Source: Candidatus Micrarchaeota archaeon
GTDB lineage: Archaea; Micrarchaeota; Micrarchaeia; Micrarchaeales; CABMGC01
Direction of reading: 5' to 3'
NCBI GenBank assembly: GCA_028866835.1
Contig: JAGWHJ010000001.1
Span: 4,636-68,635 of the forward strand
Length of the DNA: 64,000 nt
Position 1 is the stretch's first letter. Each line of letters opens with the position of its first letter. A program made the position numbers and the translations under genes. Below the pieces are notes generated by a model that did not search any database, was not told the DNA's origin, and was given only the letters and a program-made list of their open reading frames with translations. Below are positions 36,343 through 45,305 of the stretch, piece after piece.

Positions 36343-39030
36343 TCAGCTCCATACCCCGTTGGCAAACTTTGCGGCGGAGATGGTAATCCCTCCGGTATTG
36401 CTGTTTGCGATGACCGAGTAGTAGTGGCTTTCAGTCTGGTTGCAGAGCGCGAGCGCAACATTGTCGCCGTATCCTGCGGGCGTGGAGAATGCGACATTGC
36501 AGCCCGAAGGCCAGGTTATGCTCTGGCATGCGGACCTGCCGCATGCGACCATGAGCGCAACGGCCTCAGGGTCGGGGCCGTAGTTTGTATTGTAAGTGAA
36601 GTTATACGGGCCCGAACTGCCGGAGGTGGCTCCAACCTGCCCCTCGTAGTTGATGGTGCCGCTGGAGGTGAGTGCGAAGCCGGCAACGCTCATGGCGCCC
36701 AGGCTTGCCTCGGTCATGTTGCATGACTGCGATCCGAAAGGCGCGCTCGCCTCGGAGACAGTGTATCCCGAACTTGATACGCTGTCCATCACGGGCCACT
36801 GGGAATTTATCGAATAGCCATTGGTAGAGCCCCAGCAGAATGTCCCAGGATATCCGCTTGCACTAACGGAGCATGAGGCGGATGTGGCGGACGATGGATT
36901 TGAGTAGCAGAAATGCGGGACAAGGATTGCGTAGCTGCCTGTCTGCTGCGCCGTTGTGGTTGGCGATGTCGTGGCCATGGAGGTGGTCTGGGACGTCGCA
37001 GGCACAGTCGTGCTCGGAGAGGTCGTGAAAACGCTCGTCGATGCCGTTGAAGGCGATGATGTGGTGCTCTGGATTGACGACGCGCTCCATACGCCGTTTG
37101 CGAACCTTGCGTCTGATACGGTAACTCCGCCTGGGCCCGAAAGGTACACGGTCACGTAGTAGGAGCTGCCCTCCGCCTGGTTGCAGAGCGCTAGATACGT
37201 GTTCTCATAGTTGTCCGAACCCGTATTGGACGAGACCATGCTGCATCCCTGCGGCAGAATTACCCTTGGGCAGCCGTACCATCCGCATGAGATCATGAGA
37301 GCTACCGCTTCTGAACCGCTGCCGGAATCGGTCGTGTAAGTGTAGGTGTAGCTCAAGACCTTGCTCGCGTTGCCACCGGATTCTCCGGTATATTGCACCT
37401 GGCCGCTTGATGATTGAACCGCTAGACCAGCAACCACGGTGTCAGCAGCCCCGGATACGCTGCATGCGGATGCGCCTTTGGATGCGAACGGGCGAGCAGT
37501 TTCGGATACGTCCGTGTAGCTTCCGCCGTTTGAACTTTCATCAATGGACCAGAATGGCGTATTCAGCGCTCCGTTTCCGGAGCCGGCCCAGCAGAATGTG
37601 CCCGATTGCCCGGAAGGGACGGAGCATGCTGCTGATGTTGTGCCTTTCGCGCTGCACGAGCTTGCTGTGTAGGTTTGCTCATTAGGAGGGACAGTGGTCG
37701 TGCCTGTAGTAGGAGCGGTTGTGGCCACCGTAGTGAAGCGGGTGGTGGTGTATATCGTGCTTGGATTGGTGGTGTAAACGGATGTTGCCACAGAGGTGCT
37801 TGAACCACACTGCGAGGTAGTGCCGTAGCAGTTCCGTGTTGTAGTGGAACCGCCGCCTGAGGAGATTGTTGTAGTAGGTATCGTGGAGTATATGGAGCTG
37901 GAATATACGGAGCTTGAGGCAGACGTATAAACGCTGGTAGTGTAAATGCTGCTGGTGTAGCAGTAGAAGCAGCTCGTGGTTGTTGAGCTTGTCGTCCGCA
38001 TGGACGTAGACACAGATGTCGGTACAGAGGTCGGGAAGCTTGTCGTTGATATGACAGATGTTGAAGTGGCCGGATTCACTATGTACACGACGGCACCGCC
38101 CACGCTGGTGTAGGGGCCTGGCGGCTGGCCTGAGCCGAACGCCTGCCAAGCCTCAGAAGGATACCAGTTCCCGTAGACGTAGCTGGGGCTGCTGGTGGTG
38201 TAAGGCGTCCATGCGTTGTTGTAGAAGTAGAAGCCGTAAGGCGGCGCCAGAGAAGCCTCGGATATCGAGTAGACCTCTTCGTAATCAGTGTAATCGTAGT
38301 AGCCGTAGTCGCTGTAGTTCAGGTACAGGAAGCCTCCGCCGGTTGGAGCGGTGTAGCTCCACACCAATGCCGAACCCTCGTATGCGAGGAACTGGACCTG
38401 CCCGTTGTTCGGTGCAATCATCTGGAAGGTGTAGGTGGCGCCAGGGGTAAGTACGGCTGCGATGGGCGAATAGTGGTATGTCAGGGCGTTCGGAGGCCCT
38501 GAAGTCCACGAGTAGACAAGCCCCCATTGGCCGTAAAAGTCAGAGAACCCGATCTGGTCATAGCTTCCTGCATTGTCCCATGCGGACATCAGGACGTAAT
38601 AGTAGTCGTCGGCCTGCGGTGCGGCGCCTGGAATCTGTATCGTTGTTGATACTCCCCTGGCCCATGCAGGCGCGGTGTCGACTGCACCAAGCCAGTAATG
38701 GGTTGAGACAACGGAGGCAGGCGAGGCAAAGTTATGAACGCATCCGGTATTGCTCAGCGCGGATTTAGGTTGCGCCGGAGGCGGGGCTTGGTGTCCGTTC
38801 ACTATCGGAATCCCGGTTGTCGAGTTCCAGTTCACTACGATAACGGTATTGCTAGGCGTGGTTATGGAAAGAGGATTCACGGAGGAGCATGAGGTGGCAA
38901 CCAATGGATTGTTCCCGAACTCTTTTGTTGCAGGCGGAGGAACCGACATGAAAAACGCAACGATTATGATGGCTGCCCCAAGAAAGACCAGGTTGTCGGC
39001 AATGCCGTGGATTGCCATTCTGCTTTTCAC
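36343..39030 (-). CDS. large secreted/anchored protein: signal anchor, G1 (eqolisin) peptidase-like beta-sandwich domain, Ser/Thr-rich stalk, two Cys-rich C-terminal domains
   Basis: N-terminal hydrophobic helix. Residues 100-320 carry HYWLGAV, VSTTIQIPG, MSAWDNAGSYDQIGF and DYEEVYS, which parallel the G1 motifs NWAGAV, FTVPS, AWVGIDG..QTG and AEWIVE. Residues 320-452 are almost purely S/T/Y/V. Two copies of a domain of about 190 aa each end in (R/K)FANGVWS. Confidence 0.6.
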   Translation of the reverse strand: MKSRMAIHGIADNLVFLGAAIIIVAFFMSVPPPATKEFGNNPLVATSCSSVNPLSITTPSNTVIVVNWNSTTGIPIVNGHQAPPPAQPKSALSNTGCVHNFASPASVVSTHYWLGAVDTAPAWARGVSTTIQIPGAAPQADDYYYVLMSAWDNAGSYDQIGFSDFYGQWGLVYSWTSGPPNALTYHYSPIAAVLTPGATYTFQMIAPNNGQVQFLAYEGSALVWSYTAPTGGGFLYLNYSDYGYYDYTDYEEVYSISEASLAPPYGFYFYNNAWTPYTTSSPSYVYGNWYPSEAWQAFGSGQPPGPYTSVGGAVVYIVNPATSTSVISTTSFPTSVPTSVSTSMRTTSSTTTSCFYCYTSSIYTTSVYTSASSSVYSSSIYSTIPTTTISSGGGSTTTRNCYGTTSQCGSSTSVATSVYTTNPSTIYTTTRFTTVATTAPTTGTTTVPPNEQTYTASSCSAKGTTSAACSVPSGQSGTFCWAGSGNGALNTPFWSIDESSNGGSYTDVSETARPFASKGASACSVSGAADTVVAGLAVQSSSGQVQYTGESGGNASKVLSYTYTYTTDSGSGSEAVALMISCGWYGCPRVILPQGCSMVSSNTGSDNYENTYLALCNQAEGSSYYVTVYLSGPGGVTVSDARFANGVWSASSIQSTTSSPSTASTSVFTTSPSTTVPATSQTTSMATTSPTTTAQQTGSYAILVPHFCYSNPSSATSASCSVSASGYPGTFCWGSTNGYSINSQWPVMDSVSSSGYTVSEASAPFGSQSCNMTEASLGAMSVAGFALTSSGTINYEGQVGATSGSSGPYNFTYNTNYGPDPEAVALMVACGRSACQSITWPSGCNVAFSTPAGYGDNVALALCNQTESHYYSVIANSNTGGITISAAKFANGVWS
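36346..37674 (-). repeat. tandem duplication of a 190-197 aa Cys-rich coding domain (37084..37674 and 36346..36915) separated by an S/T/P linker
   Basis: Aligned landmarks: SC/CSV..SG..GTFCW, EAVALM(I/V).CG, ALCNQ.E, (R/K)FANGVWS. Confidence 0.8.
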
Positions 39031-39152
39031 GACTTTATAGATGCTTGATAGGTTATTTAATTTTATCCATAAGGCTTAGCTCGGACCATATTGAACCTGC
39101 CCTCACTTTCGCAAGGTTCAAAAGTTTTGATGTTCAATATAGTGCGAGTAGC

Positions 39153-40346
39153 ATGCCTTCAGAACAAGCTAGTCCTCAGCAGGCTTCATCCGACCTTAGC
39201 GTGATCGAGAAGCTCAAGATGTTCAGGGGCCTTCTTGACCCCAATTACTTCAAGCAGTCGGTGCGGCCGATCATATTCAATAGGGCAAACGGCGATCCGG
39301 AGCGCGTCCATGAGCTTGTCCTTGACATACTGAAAAAGAATAATTTCGAGCTCTCGCTTGTTTCCGGGCTGTTCAATGCGCCTGAGGAGCTCAGGATAGA
39401 TGTGTACGGGAAGAGGCTGGTGCCTTTCGGCTCTGCGGCCGGACTGGACAAGACCGGCGACCCGCTCTTGCCCCTCTCGAACATCTTCGGCTTCCTTGAA
39501 CCTGGGACCATATGCGTCAACCCCAGGGAGGGAAATCCCAGGCCGAGGGTTGTCAACGACGACTCCAGCCTCGACCTGTACAACGCGCAGGGATTTCCAG
39601 GCAAGGGGCTTGATTATTTCCTGAACAACCTTAAGGACTACAAGATGAGGAAAGGGAAGGTGCCCGTCTACGTAAACATGTGCGGCATGCCCCTTTCGGA
39701 GCAGAATGCCATAGAGCTCGCGATGGAGGAGATGAGGACGCTGCTGAAGAGCCTGGAACCCTACTGCGACGGTTTTGTGTGGAACTGCGCGTCGCCCAAC
39801 ACGGAGGCGCTCAGGATGCTGCGGACGCCGGAGATATCGGAACAGACCTCTGCGCTAATGAAGGAGCTTGCGCCAGAGAAGCTTAGGCTCGTGAAGATAT
39901 GGCCTTACGAACCCGAGGAGAAGGAGGCCACGTTCAGGTTCATCGAGGGCTTCATGGACGGCGGAGGTCACGGGGTTGTGGCCATAAACACGAAGATATT
40001 TCCCAGGGAGCAGGTGCCGGCGCCGAACTGGGGATACAAGTCGGCGGGAAGGAGCGGCAAGTTCCTCAGGCCGTACCGCCTCAGGAGCGTGAAGGACATA
40101 AGATCCGCTTTTCCGGATTCCGTCATAGTGGCTGCCGGCGGAATTTTCGACGGCGATGACGCCTATGCCACGTTCAAGGCAGGCGCGAACATGCTTGAGG
40201 GCTACACGCCGTACACGTTCTACGGACTTGGCCTGCTGAAGCAGATCGAGAACGGCGTCGCGCAGAAACTTAGGTCTGATGGCTACAAGAGCCTTGCCGA
40301 CCTGCAGGCGAACGTCAGGGAAGGAGGTGCAAGGGCCGATGGGTAA
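39153..40346 (+). CDS. pyrD: dihydroorotate dehydrogenase, class 2-like
   Basis: GSAAGLDKTGDPL...FGFLEPGTICVNPREGNPRPRV...LYNAQGFPGKGLDYF matches G.AAG.DKn...GFgf.E.GtvTp.pQ.GNp.PR.fR...N..GF.N.G. The ATG at 39153 is preferred over the track start 39012, which overlaps the upstream gene. Confidence 0.8.
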   Translation: MPSEQASPQQASSDLSVIEKLKMFRGLLDPNYFKQSVRPIIFNRANGDPERVHELVLDILKKNNFELSLVSGLFNAPEELRIDVYGKRLVPFGSAAGLDKTGDPLLPLSNIFGFLEPGTICVNPREGNPRPRVVNDDSSLDLYNAQGFPGKGLDYFLNNLKDYKMRKGKVPVYVNMCGMPLSEQNAIELAMEEMRTLLKSLEPYCDGFVWNCASPNTEALRMLRTPEISEQTSALMKELAPEKLRLVKIWPYEPEEKEATFRFIEGFMDGGGHGVVAINTKIFPREQVPAPNWGYKSAGRSGKFLRPYRLRSVKDIRSAFPDSVIVAAGGIFDGDDAYATFKAGANMLEGYTPYTFYGLGLLKQIENGVAQKLRSDGYKSLADLQANVREGGARADG

Positions 40347-41298
40347 GCGCATAGACCCGCATGTCCATTGCCGCGACTGGGGTCAGTCTTACAAGGCGAC
40401 CATAAAATCCGTTACAGAGATAGCCCGCAGACAGGGCGTTGTTGCAATCATCGACATGCCCAACACGCAGCCCGCAATAACCTCTGAGGAGCTGGTAATG
40501 CGGAGGCTCAGCACCGCGGAATCTGAGGGATGCCTTGACGGCTATTACCTCTACGTCGGCGCGACCCGAAGCCCGGAACAGCTGAAGGAGGCGGTGAGGC
40601 TCGTGCGCGACAACCCGAAAGTTCTCGGCATAAAGATGTATGCTGGAAGATCGGTCGGCGACCTGGAGGTGCCGGACGAGGAAGGGCAGCGCGCGGTGTA
40701 CAGGGCCTTGGCTGGCGCGGGCTACACCGGGCCGGTCATGCTGCACTGCGAGAAGGAATCACTGTTCAGGATGGACCTGTGGGACCCCAAGCGGCCGCAC
40801 ACGTGGCTCATGGCAAGGCCGCCGGAGGCGGAGGTGGAATCGGTAAGGGACCAGATAAGGCTTGCAATAGATTCGGGATTGGAAGCGCACCTCCACATCT
40901 GCCACATCTCCGTGCCCGAAGCCGTAGAGCTGGTAAACGATGCAAGGAGGGAGCTTGACATAAGCTGCGGCGCAACTCCCCATCATCTCACGATGTCTAC
41001 CGATGACATGAAAACGCGGGATGGCATTACCTACAAGGTCAATCCCCCGCTAAGGGACCGGGAAACGGCTGCAGGGCTCATGGACCTCCTTAAGCACGGG
41101 AGGATAGACTGGATTGAGACGGACCACGCGCCGCACACAGAAGATGAGAAGGCCAGATCCTACCTGTCTGGGATACAGAGCCTCGGCACGTATTCGTCGT
41201 TCTTGGAGGGGCTGAGGGAGGACGGCTTTACCGATGCGCAGATAGAGAGGCTGACTTACTCAAACATAAAGAGGGTCTTCCCGAAGATAATCGAGTAG
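40339..41298 (+). CDS. pyrC: dihydroorotase (amidohydrolase superfamily)
   Basis: DPHVHCRD, MLHCE, HICHIS and ETDHAPHT metal-ligand motifs. AAGGAGGTG lies 9 nt upstream of the ATG at 40339. It overlaps the pyrD stop by 8 nt. Confidence 0.8.
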   Translation: MGKRIDPHVHCRDWGQSYKATIKSVTEIARRQGVVAIIDMPNTQPAITSEELVMRRLSTAESEGCLDGYYLYVGATRSPEQLKEAVRLVRDNPKVLGIKMYAGRSVGDLEVPDEEGQRAVYRALAGAGYTGPVMLHCEKESLFRMDLWDPKRPHTWLMARPPEAEVESVRDQIRLAIDSGLEAHLHICHISVPEAVELVNDARRELDISCGATPHHLTMSTDDMKTRDGITYKVNPPLRDRETAAGLMDLLKHGRIDWIETDHAPHTEDEKARSYLSGIQSLGTYSSFLEGLREDGFTDAQIERLTYSNIKRVFPKIIE

Positions 41299-41352
41299 AA
41301 GGTTTTTATTAGCTAGCCGGCAATGTTATATCAGGCCAGCCCGTGAATTCCT

Positions 41353-42687
41353 ATGGTGAAAAAGCCCCAAAAAAAGAGAGATTCGGACCTGTTCTTCAGG
41401 ATCGGGATAATAGTCGGGGTGCTACTTGTATATCTTGTTGCGGGAAAGGTGGGGCTGTCTCTGGCGCTCATCAATTCCAGCGTGACGGCGATATGGCCAC
41501 CCACGGGCATCGCCCTTGCAGCGCTGCTGATCTTTGGCTTCAGGTACTGGCCGGTGATATATGCCGGCGCATTCATCGTCAATTTCAGCACGACTGGAGA
41601 CATCATGAGCTCGGTATTCATAGCCCTCGGGAATACGCTTGAGGCTTACGTGGCCGCGTTCCTGGTGAAGAGGTTTGCAAACGGCATCAGCGCATTTGAT
41701 ACATGGCAGAATACGGTGAAATTCGGCCTCTCGGCCGTACCAGCAGCAGTCGTCGCAGCGACGGTGGGAGTAACGACGTTACTGCTGTCCGGATTGACCA
41801 CGTACGTAGCATACGCCCTCACCTGGGTGACATGGTTCCTTGGCGACTTCACAGGTGCGGTGATATTCGCCCCTGCAATAATACTACTCTACAGGAACCC
41901 GTACTTCAATTACGGGGAAAAGCCTGGCGAAAAGCTCACGTTCATACTCCTGGTGATCGTCCTTCCCGCTTTGATATTCAATACATCAATAGTAGCATAC
42001 CATCCCGGGGCGTACCTTTGTCTGGTACTGATAGGCATAATAGGCATGAAGTACACGCCCAGGGAAACGGCGCTGGCGGGCATTGCAATAGCAATGACGG
42101 CCATCTTCTTCACGGCACATGGAGTAGGTCCATTCATCATCTCTGGCGGCCAAGCCAATACGGCCCTCTTGCTTCTCCAGCTCTTTGTGGCGATACTCAC
42201 GTTATTCGGGCTGGTGCTCGCCGCGCTGACAAAGTCGGAGGACAACCTGCGCAGGCAGCTTCTTGCAGAACGAAACTCGCTCGATCTCCAGGTGAGGTAC
42301 ATGGAGGCGGAGATGGGGCAGGACAAGAAGCACCACGGCGTAATTCTAGAGCCAACGAAGACCGGATTCCTCGATCTTGATCTGGAAAACCATACAAGCA
42401 TAAGAAATGCAAAACACGACCAGGTCTATGGGCATTACAGCATGCTGCCGAGCTGGAACATGGACATATTCTACGAGCACGTGCTCCCGCAGGACAGGAA
42501 GGTGGCGCACAAGGCCTATGCAGAGGCGTACAAGACAGGGAAGCTGAGCCTGGAGTGCAGGATAAAGTGGCCCGACAATTCGATACACTGGATAGAGATA
42601 AGGGGCCTCGTCTCTTTTGATGAGGACCACAAGCCGCTGAGGATACTGAGCAGGGTAATAGAGCTTGCGCGAACCCCTTCGAGATGA
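41353..42687 (+). CDS. membrane sensor protein: MASE1 domain + single C-terminal PAS domain, no output domain
   Basis: About 300 aa of TM helices with a MASE1-like start (AGKVGLSLALINSSVTAIWPPTGIALAALLIFG), then a PAS-like C-terminus (LECRIKWPDNSIHWIEIRG...KPLRILSRVIEL). Confidence 0.6.
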   Translation: MVKKPQKKRDSDLFFRIGIIVGVLLVYLVAGKVGLSLALINSSVTAIWPPTGIALAALLIFGFRYWPVIYAGAFIVNFSTTGDIMSSVFIALGNTLEAYVAAFLVKRFANGISAFDTWQNTVKFGLSAVPAAVVAATVGVTTLLLSGLTTYVAYALTWVTWFLGDFTGAVIFAPAIILLYRNPYFNYGEKPGEKLTFILLVIVLPALIFNTSIVAYHPGAYLCLVLIGIIGMKYTPRETALAGIAIAMTAIFFTAHGVGPFIISGGQANTALLLLQLFVAILTLFGLVLAALTKSEDNLRRQLLAERNSLDLQVRYMEAEMGQDKKHHGVILEPTKTGFLDLDLENHTSIRNAKHDQVYGHYSMLPSWNMDIFYEHVLPQDRKVAHKAYAEAYKTGKLSLECRIKWPDNSIHWIEIRGLVSFDEDHKPLRILSRVIELARTPSR

Positions 42688-42718
42688 TCTATGCCTGCCA
42701 TGATTATGCGTGATCCAT

Positions 42719-43189
42719 ATGCCATTCAACATAAAGCCGCCCAAGAACGATGACGAGTACTTCGAAAGGATGACGCACGCGATCTTCCAGGCGGGTTTGA
42801 ACTGGAAGATGGTGGAGAACAAATGGCCGAACTTAAGGAAGGCCTTTGCGGATTTCTCCATAGACAGGGTCGCAAGATTCGGCGACAGGGAGGTTGAGCG
42901 CCTGATGAAGGACACGGGTATAATACGAAACGAGAAGAAGATAAGGTCGGTGATAGCAAACGCCAGGGAGTTCCAGAGGATAAAGGGTGAGTACAGGTCC
43001 TTCCCGGGCTACATACGCTCCTTCCACGGCTCGGAGCAGGGGATGGCCTACGACCTGCAGGAGAGGTTCAAGCACCTCGGCTCCTCAAGCGCGAGGATGT
43101 ACATGTGGATGATAGGGATGAAGCTCAAGCCCAATGCCGAGGAAAAGGCATGGATAGCCTCGCATGATAAGGAGCACCATGGTAGATAG
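42719..43189 (+). CDS. tag: DNA-3-methyladenine glycosylase I
   Basis: FERMTHAIFQAGLNWKMVENKWPNLRKAFADF...IIRNEKKIRSVIANA matches the Tag pattern. An alternative GTG start lies at 42710. Confidence 0.8.
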   Translation: MPFNIKPPKNDDEYFERMTHAIFQAGLNWKMVENKWPNLRKAFADFSIDRVARFGDREVERLMKDTGIIRNEKKIRSVIANAREFQRIKGEYRSFPGYIRSFHGSEQGMAYDLQERFKHLGSSSARMYMWMIGMKLKPNAEEKAWIASHDKEHHGR

Positions 43190-44656
43190 ATGGCACAGAT
43201 CATAGACTATATCCGCGCTGTTGCAGCGATATGTGTAGTGCTGATTCTGGCAGCGATCTTCCTTCTTAATGGGATGCCCAGGACCGCAACTTCCACGAGC
43301 ACGGCCATTCCGAGCAGCAGCTCCACGGCGCATGCGACAACCACAACAGTATCGCGGACATCGCAGAACTGGGAGGGCATGTACAGCCTGCTGAGCAACA
43401 ATACGTTCAACCTCCAGAGCATCTTCAACCTCTCCCAGCCGCAGCAGAACCTCACCGCAATAGAATACTCCGGGAACATAAGCAACTACGGCGCGAGAGC
43501 GCCCTTCAACCTGAGCTACGGGCTTGGCGTGAACTTCAGCGTTCTGGAGCTCAGCACGCTGAACGCGTACCGCGGCCACGGGGAGAACATAACGTCTGCA
43601 TACGTAGACGGCGGATACTACCAGTGCGTAAGGGCCGATGACATAGCGAACGGCGGGCCGCAGGGGCTCGTGTGCTATCCCGAATCGCAGTCCGGGTTCA
43701 ACAGCGGCAGCCTGATGTCCGGACTGGGGGCTGGCCTGGCCGATGCAGAGCAGCTCAGAGGCACGACGCAGTCGCTCATACCTGCCGCCTTTGCGATGCT
43801 GCTGGTACACTCGCCGCAGACGGCGATAACGCTGCGCAACACCAGCATAAGGAATTCCAGCTTCAATGGCCTTCCGTGCAAGCTTGTCAGCAGCAACTAC
43901 TCCACGAATTATGACAACGACACCGGGGGGACGGAGATGAAGGGAAGGATAACCACCTGCATCTCGAAAAAATACAACGTGCCGCTGACCGCGCATTTCA
44001 CGATAAGAAACGTGAGCACGAACGGGGTGACGCGGAACGGCACAAGATACAATAACTACCAATTGCTTCAGTTCAGCATAAACGTCACGGAGAGGAGCCT
44101 GGGCACTGGCAGGGGCAAGCCTTACTCGCTGCCATCCAGGACCGCGTGCTTCGGGGTTGCCGAACTGCTTACATGCTACAATCCGGTGATAGGGACGAAC
44201 GGCGTGCTCGAGCTGAACCTCTCGATAAGCAACGTCTACACGATACAGAACTACTACAACGGGAGGTACAGCTACTACGAGGTCAATTACACGAACGTGA
44301 CGATAGCGTGCTCGACCCTGGACCAGTTTGCGGAGCTTGGGGACAGCAGCGATGTCAGGCAGTACGAATTCGCCAAGCTCGCTGCACTAATAATGCACAA
44401 CCAGACGGTCTCTGGAAGGGTGGCGATACAGTGCTACAACCAGACCGGTGCCCCGATAACAAGCCTCAAGCCAGGGGATCCGCAGTACTTCAACCTGTTC
44501 CTGAATTATACGGAGGAGAACGCCACGTCGCCGAATGCGCCGCTTGGAAACGGGCTGCCGGGACCACATGTCTTCACCGCCACGGGGATAGCAAGCGCAT
44601 ACGTCTCCAATTCCAGCATAGATGCGCCGCAGTTCAACCTCCGCCTGAACCGATGA
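43190..44656 (+). CDS. signal-anchored extracellular protein, N-glycosylation sequon-dense, hypothetical
   Basis: N-terminal hydrophobic helix AVAAICVVLILAAIFLL followed by many N-x-S/T motifs. The opposite-strand ORF 43085..44062 is Arg-rich shadow. Confidence 0.6.
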   Translation: MAQIIDYIRAVAAICVVLILAAIFLLNGMPRTATSTSTAIPSSSSTAHATTTTVSRTSQNWEGMYSLLSNNTFNLQSIFNLSQPQQNLTAIEYSGNISNYGARAPFNLSYGLGVNFSVLELSTLNAYRGHGENITSAYVDGGYYQCVRADDIANGGPQGLVCYPESQSGFNSGSLMSGLGAGLADAEQLRGTTQSLIPAAFAMLLVHSPQTAITLRNTSIRNSSFNGLPCKLVSSNYSTNYDNDTGGTEMKGRITTCISKKYNVPLTAHFTIRNVSTNGVTRNGTRYNNYQLLQFSINVTERSLGTGRGKPYSLPSRTACFGVAELLTCYNPVIGTNGVLELNLSISNVYTIQNYYNGRYSYYEVNYTNVTIACSTLDQFAELGDSSDVRQYEFAKLAALIMHNQTVSGRVAIQCYNQTGAPITSLKPGDPQYFNLFLNYTEENATSPNAPLGNGLPGPHVFTATGIASAYVSNSSIDAPQFNLRLNR

Positions 44657-44662
44657 ACAGGA

Positions 44663-45280
44663 TTATCGCTTCAATGTTATCAAAACCTGGTCCGGATCCA
44701 CGCCCTCGCCAACACCATAGCCTTTGATACGCCCTTTATCGACGAACTCGTCCAATCGTTTCCCCACTGAACCCTTTAAGAATTCGTTAATTGGCTCTGC
44801 CGCTATTCTTTGGACGGCTTCGTTCGCAAGTATGTCCTCTACTACCTTCCTTAAAATGGTGGTATAGACGCCGTTTCTCCTTGCGGAATGATCGACGTAT
44901 GCAGAAGTTATGTCTATCCTACTTCTGCCATAGGCCGTAGTTATGATGTAACCAAGAATCTGACCTGTTAAGGGATGAGTTGCAAAATAGTCGGCTGAGT
45001 TGGGTCCGTGATATAGCGGTTCATCTTCCTCCAGCTGCAGGCTGCACCTTGTGAATTCATCAAACTCACGGCGCTGGGCAGGGCTAAGGGCCTTGTAATC
45101 AATCCTTGTGACCTCTATCTCAAGCCCCGGTTCGTTTGAAGGACCAGCTCGCGCCTTCCCGATTACATCCAATGGATCCCTGATTCGCCTTGGCATTTTA
45201 ACCATAGAGATGGTGGACTTTTTGATATTTACGCATTTTGGCCCATTTGGCGGCTGTTCAAGAGCGCGCTTATCCCGCAT
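44663..45280 (-). CDS. hypothetical protein, possibly GNAT-like acetyltransferase fold
   Basis: LGYIITTAYGRSRIDITSAYVDHSARRNGVYTTILRKVV weakly resembles GNAT motif A. AT-richer region; the start is uncertain. Confidence 0.3.
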   Translation of the reverse strand: MRDKRALEQPPNGPKCVNIKKSTISMVKMPRRIRDPLDVIGKARAGPSNEPGLEIEVTRIDYKALSPAQRREFDEFTRCSLQLEEDEPLYHGPNSADYFATHPLTGQILGYIITTAYGRSRIDITSAYVDHSARRNGVYTTILRKVVEDILANEAVQRIAAEPINEFLKGSVGKRLDEFVDKGRIKGYGVGEGVDPDQVLITLKR

Positions 45281-45305
45281 TCTTATTAGGCTTCATCTTG
45301 ATAGG

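Noticed and set aside
36346-37674. The two similar domains as a diversity-generating retroelement TR/VR pair
   Set aside because: The copies are both coding and are diverged at all kinds of positions, not adenine-specific. No reverse transcriptase gene is in the window.
37675-38070. Repetitive-looking DNA as a CRISPR array or tandem satellite
   Set aside because: It is in-frame coding for the Ser/Thr/Tyr/Val stalk of the 895-aa protein. There is no regular repeat-spacer periodicity.
39012-39152. 5' extension of the pyrD ORF
   Set aside because: It overlaps the start of the convergent 36343..39030 gene and its promoter-like AT-rich region. The ATG at 39153 gives a normal PyrD N-terminus.
43085-44062. 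325-aa ORF on the minus strand
   Set aside because: It is Arg/Gly/Ala/Val-rich with no motifs and lies entirely antisense to the longer signal-anchored ORF 43190..44656. This is typical shadow ORF composition in GC-rich coding DNA.
45108-45305. 5' extension of the VKOR ORF
   Set aside because: It lies inside the opposite-strand gene 44663..45280. The hydrophobic VKOR core begins after the ATG at 45306.
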